Virus record (IMG/VR): IMGVR_UViG_2585427761_000005
From: a virus
Lineage: Duplodnaviria; Heunggongvirae; Uroviricota; Caudoviricetes
DNA length: 4,530 bases
Strand: one strand, 5' to 3'
A program made the translations under genes and the position numbers. Positions 1 to 4,530 of this stretch are shown in pieces. Under the pieces are notes generated by a model. The model was not told where the DNA came from, made no database searches, and saw nothing but the letters and a program-made list of their open reading frames with translations. Numbering within the stretch: position 1 is the stretch's first letter; every line of letters begins with the position of its first letter.

Positions 1-1211
1 ACCGCCGTTGTACTGTTCAGCGCATTCTGGGCGGCGCTTCTGGCAGCAATATTTCTGTTCAGGCGTTCCTGTGTGGCCGCCAGACGGGCCTCTGCAGCAA
101 TCTGCATCTCCGTCCCGCGGGCTGCCGCCACGGCCTGCTGAGCACGGTACACGGCTGCCCTTGCCCGCGCCGTGGCAATCTGCGTTCCCCTGAACTGTGC
201 TTCCGCCAGTGCAACTTCATTACGTGCAGCCGTCACAAGTCCTGCCGTGGCAGACATCGCTCCGGAGGCCATATTGCCAAAGTACCGGGCAACCCCGACG
301 GCAACCAGCGCGCCCACGGCTGTTGCCACATTATCAATCTGTCCGGCAACACCGTTCAGCATGCCGGAGAGCGTTTTTGTCACCCCGCTGGCCTCATTCG
401 CACCGCCCACCCAGGCCATAAAGGCGTTTTCCACCTTTGTGATACTACTGGAAACCGTTTCCGGCATGGCCGCATATTCATCACGTAATATCCCCAGCTG
501 GCTGATTAACGCGGGGACCACTTTATCCGCTGTCAGTTTTCCGTCATCCGCCATTGCCTTCAGATCTTTACGGGCCACGCCCATACCCGCAGCCAGTGCA
601 CGTACGATCCGGTCACCACTTTCATTGACCGAATTAAACTCCTCACCACGCAACACACCCTGCGCCAGCGCCTGACTGAACTGGGTGATCACCGAGCCCG
701 CCTCTGCCGTACTGGCACCGGAGATTTTCAGCCCCGTGGAAATGGCCTCCGTCACCTTCAGCACATCATCAGCACTGTAACCATATTCACGCATTGAGGC
801 TGCCGAGCGGGCAAACAGGGCCGCATTATCTGAAAATGCCGTGCCCGTCCGCTGGCTGATATCCATCAGCACTTTCTGTGATGACGAAAATTCATCGGAT
901 GACTGCGACGCCTGTTTCAGTCGGGCATTCACGGAACTCCATTCATCGGCCAGAGAAATCAGGTGTCCGGTGGCAAAGGCACCGGCAAACGCACCCGCCA
1001 TTCCGACAGCCGAAGCGCGGATTTCCGTCAACTGGCTGTGCAGCTCAGCCAGGGCGCGTCGCTGCTCCCGGGCGACTGCGGCAGCCTGACGCCCGCCATT
1101 CTGCAGGGTCCGGTAATATTCACTGCCCATACGGGAAGCCCGCTGGATCTCCGACTGGAATGACTGCGAATTTGCCGAAATTTTGATAATCAGTTCACGT
1201 AACGTCGCCAT
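1..1211 (-). CDS. Tail tape measure protein, N-terminal ~403 aa (partial; continues beyond window position 1)
   Basis: ATG at 1211-1209 preceded by GGAGAAAGG SD-like sequence. Hand translation of the minus strand gives MATLRELIIKISANSQSFQSEIQRASRMGSEYYRTLQNGGRQAA...SVNESGDRIVRALAAGMGV...KVENAFMAWVGGANEASGV..., an Ala/Gln-rich, predicted-helical sequence typical of tape measure N-termini, with no stop reached by position 1. It sits directly downstream of the G/GT chaperone pair as in lambda (V-G-T-H). Absent from the ORF track only because it has no stop in the window. Confidence 0.8.
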   Translation of the reverse strand, partial: MATLRELIIKISANSQSFQSEIQRASRMGSEYYRTLQNGGRQAAAVAREQRRALAELHSQLTEIRASAVGMAGAFAGAFATGHLISLADEWSSVNARLKQASQSSDEFSSSQKVLMDISQRTGTAFSDNAALFARSAASMREYGYSADDVLKVTEAISTGLKISGASTAEAGSVITQFSQALAQGVLRGEEFNSVNESGDRIVRALAAGMGVARKDLKAMADDGKLTADKVVPALISQLGILRDEYAAMPETVSSSITKVENAFMAWVGGANEASGVTKTLSGMLNGVAGQIDNVATAVGALVAVGVARYFGNMASGAMSATAGLVTAARNEVALAEAQFRGTQIATARARAAVYRAQQAVAAARGTEMQIAAEARLAATQERLNRNIAARSAAQNALNSTTA

Positions 1212-1227
1212 TCACCTTTCTCCGGGC

Positions 1228-1249
1228 AAAAAAAACCGCCACAGCGGTT
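1228..1249 (-). terminator. Terminator-like hairpin plus U-tract between the GT stop and the tape measure start (minus-strand orientation)
   Basis: Plus 1234-1249 reads AACCGCcacaGCGGTT: a 6-bp stem (4 GC pairs) with a 4-nt loop. On the minus strand it is followed by a run of eight T (complement of the A-run at plus 1228-1235, the last two overlapping the stem), then GCCCGGAGAAAGGTGA and the tape measure ATG at 1211. Confidence 0.45.
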
Positions 1250-1257
1250 CTCATCAT

Positions 1258-1572
1258 TCATGACAGTGCTGCAAAGCTCAGCGCGTCTTCCAGCGCCGCA
1301 AACGGATCCACCTCCGGCTTATCCTCATCCTCGCCCCAGCAGAGCATGGCGCCCTTCAGTGCAACATTCATCCCCTGTGCCCCAAAAACCGCTTTCACGA
1401 TCTGTGCATTACGGATATCCCCGCGCTCATCACCCAGCGGGGATACCCTGTCGAACTCCATCCACATCATCGCCTCGCTCGCACTCAGGCTGTGCCGCAG
1501 TTCGGATAAGGTGCGCCCCAGACGGAGCGCAAGTCGCATCAGAAAGCGAATTTCCGGGCGGGCTACTTTTTT
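1258..1572 (-). CDS. T-like -1 frame extension of the tail assembly chaperone (GT fusion made by programmed -1 frameshift from the G frame)
   Basis: The -1 frame relative to G is open from the slippery heptamer A AAA AAG (minus strand, plus coordinates 1566-1572) to the TGA at 1258-1260, with no in-frame stop. The track ORF 1258..1539 is the part after the first internal ATG. Its position between the major tail gene and the tape measure gene matches the conserved G/GT arrangement of long-tailed phages. Confidence 0.7.
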   Translation of the reverse strand, partial: KKVARPEIRFLMRLALRLGRTLSELRHSLSASEAMMWMEFDRVSPLGDERGDIRNAQIVKAVFGAQGMNVALKGAMLCWGEDEDKPEVDPFAALEDALSFAALS

Positions 1573-1877
1573 CTGGCCGACTCTGCATCAGCGATCAGTT
1601 CCAGTGCCTGACGCAGCAACCGGGCATGTACCGGACCATAGACGGCCAGCACCTGCTCACGGTCGTCCGGAGCGAACACCCGCTGCAGATCAGTATCACA
1701 CAGGACATCGCAGAACAGCGTCACATCCGCTTCCAGGTTACGGCGGGTTTTCGCCACCACCGACAGGGTATCGTCATCCTCTCCATCACCATTGAGCACT
1801 TCCTGCCACAGATACCAGGCCTCTGCCGAAGGCTCCCGCAGCACCACGCTGACATTACCCCATTCCGGCACCTTCAC
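1563..1877 (-). CDS. Tail assembly chaperone (lambda gpG-like); start uncertain, GTG at 1877 or a non-canonical start further upstream
   Basis: 104-aa ORF (MKVPEWGNVSVVLREPSAEAWYLWQEVLNGDGEDDD...) immediately downstream of the major tail gene, acidic, ending ...AESARKK with the A AAA AAG heptamer directly before its TAG stop. The codon at 1877-1875 is GTG, not ATG. The same frame stays open upstream to a TAG at 1959-1961 and contains no ATG, so the true start may be ATT (1937-1935) or ATA (1946-1944). Confidence 0.7.
   Translation of the reverse strand: MKVPEWGNVSVVLREPSAEAWYLWQEVLNGDGEDDDTLSVVAKTRRNLEADVTLFCDVLCDTDLQRVFAPDDREQVLAVYGPVHARLLRQALELIADAESARKK
1566..1572 (-). promoter_or_regulatory. 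-1 programmed ribosomal frameshift slippery heptamer A AAA AAG (G to GT)
   Basis: Minus-strand A|AAA|AAG in the G zero frame (plus 1566-1572 = cttttttt complement), immediately followed by the G stop TAG (1565-1563). The -1 frame is open for ~105 further codons to 1258. Confidence 0.7.
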
Positions 1878-1965
1878 CGTTTTATGACGAAACCCCGACA
1901 GTCTGGCCAGCGCCAGCGTTTTCAGATCTTTTGCAATAAGCCTTATCCGCCCGCACCACTAACCG

Positions 1966-2658
1966 TCACGGTACACGCAACAGACGTAACACTCTGCGCT
2001 GTTCTGCAGAATCCGTCACCACGCAGGTATAATCCCCCTTATCACCTGACTGCGTATTGGCTTTACTGAAAGTGTCAGTAGTCTGCCCCTCAACCGGCTG
2101 ACCATCCTTCTTCCAGGCGTATTTATAAGGCGGCGTTCCCCCGTTAACACTGACTGACATTGTCAGCAGCGCACCGGTATTCACGGTAAGTGTCTTATCC
2201 AGATTTTTCACAAACGCCAGCGGTACCACAAAGGACACCGGTTTACCCTTCAGACGAAGTGAAAACGTTGCAGCCACCACGCCGTTGGTACCGGATGACC
2301 AGGTGTGCTGACGCACTTCCGCCAGGAACTTAAAGCCCTTACCGGACGGAAACAGCACCTTAAACGCATACAACGCGTCATTGTCATAGGCATCACGCAG
2401 GGCGTTCTGGGCCTGATTCAGATAAAAATTACCCGACATGGAAATCTCAGACGACGCCCCCAGACCGTTGATGTTCTCCTGCTCTGTGGAGCAGAGCGTG
2501 GTCACATCAATATCCTGTTTCTGACCGGCGGTGAACTGGACTTCCTTGATGGTGCAGTCCAGGCGCAGATATTCCGCCTTATCCATGGTTTCAGCAGTCG
2601 CCGGGGCAGATGAAATCATCACCTGCGTCAGCTGTGAACGTTCATACAAAGCAGACAT
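1966..2658 (-). CDS. Major tail tube protein (lambda gpV-like) with a C-terminal Ig-like domain
   Basis: ATG at 2658-2656 preceded by AGGAGG (plus 2663-2668) at 4-nt spacing; 230 aa, stop TGA at 1968-1966. The N-terminal ~150 aa (MSALYERSQLTQVMISSAPATAETMDKAEYLRLD...YAFKVLFPSGKGFKFLAEVRQHTWSSG...) has the architecture I associate with lambda V-family tail tube proteins. The C-terminal ~80 aa (TLTVNTGALLTMSVSVNGGTPPYKYAWKKDGQPVEGQ...GDKGDYTCVVTDSA) has the hallmarks of an Ig-like fold (YxW, DxGxYTC). The track ORF start at 2787 is an upstream in-frame GTG that would overlap the preceding gene by ~70 nt. Confidence 0.85.
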   Translation of the reverse strand: MSALYERSQLTQVMISSAPATAETMDKAEYLRLDCTIKEVQFTAGQKQDIDVTTLCSTEQENINGLGASSEISMSGNFYLNQAQNALRDAYDNDALYAFKVLFPSGKGFKFLAEVRQHTWSSGTNGVVAATFSLRLKGKPVSFVVPLAFVKNLDKTLTVNTGALLTMSVSVNGGTPPYKYAWKKDGQPVEGQTTDTFSKANTQSGDKGDYTCVVTDSAEQRRVLRLLRVP

Positions 2659-2662
2659 TCTG

Positions 2663-2668
2663 CCTCCT
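2663..2668 (-). promoter_or_regulatory. Shine-Dalgarno AGGAGG for the major tail gene
   Basis: Perfect AGGAGG on the minus strand, 4 nt upstream of the ATG at 2658. Confidence 0.7.
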
Positions 2669-2678
2669 GATAATAAAA

Positions 2679-2697
2679 AACCCGCACGCGGCGGGTT
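2679..2697 (-). terminator. Terminator-like GC-rich hairpin plus U-tract between the tail terminator-like gene and the major tail gene (minus-strand orientation)
   Basis: Plus 2679-2697 reads aaCCCGCacgcgGCGGGtt: a 5-bp GC stem (2681-2685 with 2691-2695) extendable by two A-T pairs, with a 5-nt loop. On the minus strand the hairpin is followed by a six-T run (complement of the A-run at plus 2675-2680, the last two T overlapping the stem extension), then attatc, AGGAGG and the major tail ATG. Confidence 0.55.
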
Positions 2698-2716
2698 ATG
2701 GGTTCTGTTGAAAAAA

Positions 2717-3061
2717 TTACACCGTGACCTGAAATTCCAGGGTTGCACGGTAACAGCGGTTTTCCGGAATATAGTCCTGCATTTCACTGACGGATCCCGG
2801 GGCCAGCAGCATTATGGCTTCACGGGCGTCCTGACGTATCTGACGCGCCTGCGTCACAGTCCCGGCATAAACGTCTATCTGCACCGACACTGAGGACTCC
2901 GCCTGCCCGCCCATCACGTCCGCAGACACCGATGAAATCAGGCTGAAAACCACCCACGGAAGCGCCACCGACGGCCTGCCATCCAGCAGGGGGACCACAT
3001 ACGGGTACACCTGCCCGCCGGCAAGATGCGCCAGATGAGGATACAAATCCGCCTCCGTCAT
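2717..3061 (-). CDS. Small tail terminator / tail completion-like protein (DUF3168-like), HK97-like module
   Basis: 114-aa ORF, ATG at 3061-3059 overlapping the upstream stop in an ATGA arrangement (plus 3058-3061), stop TAA at 2719-2717. It lies between the gp10-family gene and the major tail gene, where the tail terminator sits in lambda (U) and HK97-like phages. The family assignment rests mainly on synteny and size. Confidence 0.5.
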   Translation of the reverse strand: MTEADLYPHLAHLAGGQVYPYVVPLLDGRPSVALPWVVFSLISSVSADVMGGQAESSVSVQIDVYAGTVTQARQIRQDAREAIMLLAPGSVSEMQDYIPENRCYRATLEFQVTV

Positions 3062-3504
3062 CGTCTCAGTACCTCATCAATGGCCCGGTTCATCCGCGCA
3101 ATCGCCACCTGTGCCGCCTGTTCACTGCGCACATCAAACGCCGGGCGCACAAACGGGTGCGGTGGCATATTCACGGTCCCCATTTCCACAAACCGCCAGT
3201 AGAAAGCGTTGCGCGGGTTATCCGCCTTCATGGTGTTATCGCTGTTACCGGTGTCCGGATTAACACCCCGGATATGCACACCGGATTCCATCCCGCCATC
3301 GCGGGAGCGCCGGGAAAGGACCACCACATTGCGGCGCAGCTTTCCCCTGCGTACCGGTGCCCGTGACACCACTTCTTCTTTCAGCACATTCGCACCCGCA
3401 CGGGTTGCCTCACGCAGCACCCGGTTATTTTCTGCACCACTCAGAAGCTGCAAATCGCGGCTGATGTCCTCCAGCCCCGAAAAATCCAGCAGGGTTTCGA
3501 TCAT
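3058..3504 (-). CDS. HK97 gp10-family phage protein (head-tail joining / tail component)
   Basis: 148 aa (MIETLLDFSGLEDISRDLQLLSGAENNRVLREATRAGANVLKEEVVSRAPVRRGKLRRN...FYWRFVEMGTVNMPPHPFVRPAFD...). The motifs (RAP..G.L, EfGT....PHPFvRPA) match my memory of the HK97 gp10 family. ATG at 3504 overlaps the upstream stop as ATGA (plus 3501-3504), and a GGGAGGTG SD sits 4 nt upstream. Confidence 0.7.
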   Translation of the reverse strand: MIETLLDFSGLEDISRDLQLLSGAENNRVLREATRAGANVLKEEVVSRAPVRRGKLRRNVVVLSRRSRDGGMESGVHIRGVNPDTGNSDNTMKADNPRNAFYWRFVEMGTVNMPPHPFVRPAFDVRSEQAAQVAIARMNRAIDEVLRR

Positions 3505-3851
3505 TTTTCACCTCCCAGCCGACAGAGAATTTCCAGACGCCCACCGGTCGCATCCGGCACGGGCAGCCCGACAACGTTCAGGATCCGGTCACGCCAGGGA
3601 CCACTCAGCACATGAAGTCGTGACGCTGCCGTGATTTCCCGGCCGGACTGACCGCGCACCCAGATGCGGATTTCCGCCTGCGCCATTTCCGCACCGGACT
3701 GCATCCGCTCCCGGCTGCTCCTGCCACGGATATCCGCATGAATTTTCCCGCATGACACCCATTCTTCCGTCATTTCTCCGGCAGCATTACGGGTTAACAC
3801 CGGGTTCAGAACACTTATCATCTGTGTCAGACGACCTGCAGATATTGCCAT
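3501..3851 (-). CDS. Head-tail adaptor / head closure protein (Phage_H_T_join-like)
   Basis: 116 aa (MAISAGRLTQMISVLNPV...EEWVSCGKIHADIRGRSSRERMQSGAEMAQAEIRIWVRGQSGREITAASRLHVLSGPWRDRILNVVGLPVPDATGGRLEILCRLGGEK). The layout (N-terminal GRL, central EW, RE..SG.E.A.AE.RIWVR, RDRILNV, C-terminal GRLEILCR) is what I recall for head-tail adaptor proteins of HK97-like phages. ATG at 3851-3849 follows a GGAGG SD and a 9-nt intergenic gap. Confidence 0.7.
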   Translation of the reverse strand: MAISAGRLTQMISVLNPVLTRNAAGEMTEEWVSCGKIHADIRGRSSRERMQSGAEMAQAEIRIWVRGQSGREITAASRLHVLSGPWRDRILNVVGLPVPDATGGRLEILCRLGGEK

Positions 3852-3860
3852 TCCCCCTCC

Positions 3861-4187
3861 TCATAACACCGTCGGACAACGCAAATCGTAAATCAGCACG
3901 GAAACAGAAAACGGCAGCTCCCCCTGAATCAGTTCTTCCCGCTCCGCAAGATCCGGATTCCGGTACAGCATCCCGGTCAGTCGCATGGCAGCCCCCTTCA
4001 TCCGGGTTAATGCCTCGCCCGGGATCAGTTCACCGTCCTCACGAATCACTTTATCCCGGCTGCCCTGAATGTAGGCCAGCAGCACGGCGGTAGCCTGACG
4101 AACCTTGTCCATCAGCATGTCATCATCCGCGTCATGGTCGACACGCAGATGTGCCTTGATCTCTTCCAGTGTCAGTAATGCCGTCAT
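3861..4187 (-). CDS. gp6-like head-tail connector protein
   Basis: 108 aa starting MTALLTLEEIKAHLRVDHDADDDMLMDKVRQATAVLLAYIQG..., i.e. the LEE(V/I)KAHLR(I/V)D-acidic run-L...I.AA signature I associate with the gp6-like connector family. AGGAGG (plus 4194-4199) lies 6 nt upstream of the ATG at 4187, which overlaps the upstream stop as ATGA (plus 4184-4187). Confidence 0.7.
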   Translation of the reverse strand: MTALLTLEEIKAHLRVDHDADDDMLMDKVRQATAVLLAYIQGSRDKVIREDGELIPGEALTRMKGAAMRLTGMLYRNPDLAEREELIQGELPFSVSVLIYDLRCPTVL

Positions 4188-4530
4188 TTTCCGCCTCCTG
4201 CATCCCGCCCACGTTTTGCAGCCAGGGTCCAGCCTGATGAATGAGCTTCTCCGGGTTTATCACCGGTCATACTGTTGCAGTGCCACAGCGAGCCCCCCCA
4301 CGTCACCGTATCGCCGGGGTGGTAGGTTTCACCGGCTCTGAACACACCGCGGTAGAGCATCACCGGCAGGGAAAATGTTTTTTCCGTACGCTGGCCACTG
4401 CTGTGCCGGACCACCACAGAGAACAACCGCTCACCCGTCATGCTGACGTCAATATCCGCCACCCCGTCAACCAGGCATTCCCATCCCCGCATCCCGTGCG
4501 TTTTTTCATACGCCCGCCAGAGTCCGCCCT
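4184..4530 (-). CDS. Hypothetical phage protein, C-terminal ~115 aa (N-terminus outside the window)
   Basis: The frame of track ORF 4184..4492 stays open upstream to the window edge (…GGLWRAYEKTHG before the internal Met). Stop TGA at 4186-4184 overlaps the connector start codon, implying co-transcription and translational coupling with the head-tail genes. I do not recognise the sequence (…GETYHPGDTVTWGGSLWHCNSMTGDKPGEAHSSGWTLAAKRGRDAGGGK); by position it could be the end of a capsid-associated gene or an inserted accessory gene. Confidence 0.4.
   Translation of the reverse strand, partial: GGLWRAYEKTHGMRGWECLVDGVADIDVSMTGERLFSVVVRHSSGQRTEKTFSLPVMLYRGVFRAGETYHPGDTVTWGGSLWHCNSMTGDKPGEAHSSGWTLAAKRGRDAGGGK
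4194..4199 (-). promoter_or_regulatory. Shine-Dalgarno AGGAGG for the gp6-like connector gene
   Basis: Perfect AGGAGG on the minus strand, 6 nt upstream of the ATG at 4187, lying inside the 3' end of the upstream ORF. Confidence 0.65.

Noticed and set aside
172-675. Plus-strand ORFs of 167 aa and 74 aa (197..421), plus 8..193, 841..1089, 878..1186 and 963..1163
   Set aside because: They lie antisense to the tape measure coding region. Their translations are low-complexity (Ala/Pro/Ser/Arg-rich) with no SD-preceded starts, which is typical of shadow ORFs opposite a GC-rich gene.
1924-1929. AGATCT palindrome in the major-tail/chaperone spacer as a possible regulatory site
   Set aside because: A single 6-bp palindrome is expected by chance in 4.5 kb; there is no flanking symmetry or repeat to suggest an operator.
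1260-2069. Plus-strand 269-aa ORF and the overlapping 149-aa ORF 1346..1795
   Set aside because: They run antisense across the T extension, the G chaperone and the major tail 3' end. The Pro/Arg/His-rich translations do not look protein-like, and every recognisable gene in the window is on the minus strand.
1234-2697. The two hairpins read as plus-strand terminators or as a bidirectional terminator pair
   Set aside because: On the plus strand each stem is preceded, not followed, by the homopolymer run (A-tract upstream), so they are not oriented as terminators for plus-strand transcription, and no plus-strand genes are supported.
2659-2787. Track start of the major tail ORF at 2787 (273 aa)
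   Set aside because: The codon at 2787 is GTG with no SD and would overlap the upstream gene (stop at 2717) by ~70 nt. The ATG at 2658 has a perfect AGGAGG 4 nt upstream and the conserved region begins there, so the upstream extension is taken as in-frame read-through of the intergenic region rather than coding.
2305-2893. Plus-strand ORFs 2305..2613 (102 aa) and 2531..2893 (120 aa)
   Set aside because: Antisense to the major tail and tail terminator-like genes; no convincing RBS; shadow ORFs.
3157-4341. Plus-strand ORFs 3157..3366, 3209..3634, 3752..4093 and 4105..4341
   Set aside because: All overlap well-supported minus-strand head-tail genes and give Arg/Pro/Ser-rich translations; judged to be antisense artefacts.
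1-4530. A search for defence, toxin-antitoxin, CRISPR, integrase/transposase or tRNA/attachment-site signatures
   Set aside because: No direct or inverted repeat arrays, no tRNA-like structure, no recombinase-like ORF and no sizeable unexplained intergenic region were seen; the window is fully accounted for by one co-oriented phage structural operon.

Overview
This window is a contiguous piece of a lambdoid/HK97-like (siphovirus-type) prophage morphogenesis module, almost certainly from an enterobacterial host, with every gene on the minus strand. Reading in the direction of transcription (high to low coordinates): 3' end of an unrecognised upstream ORF, gp6-like head-tail connector, head-tail adaptor/head closure protein, HK97 gp10-family protein, a small tail terminator-like protein, lambda V-like major tail tube protein with a C-terminal Ig-like domain, the G/GT tail assembly chaperone pair, and the N-terminal ~400 aa of the tail tape measure protein (runs off the window at position 1). 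Genes are tightly packed, with three ATGA stop/start overlaps and strong Shine-Dalgarno sites. The most notable sequence-level features are a canonical -1 frameshift heptamer A-AAA-AAG at the end of the G chaperone gene, two terminator-like hairpin-plus-U-tract elements bracketing the major-tail/chaperone block, and a chaperone gene with no canonical ATG start. All plus-strand ORFs in the track look like antisense shadows. I see no defence system, toxin, CRISPR array, RNA gene or mobile-element end; this is an ordinary, well-organised phage structural region, and the only candidate for novelty is the unidentified partial ORF at the 3' edge. All functional calls are from remembered family patterns and gene order, not from a search.
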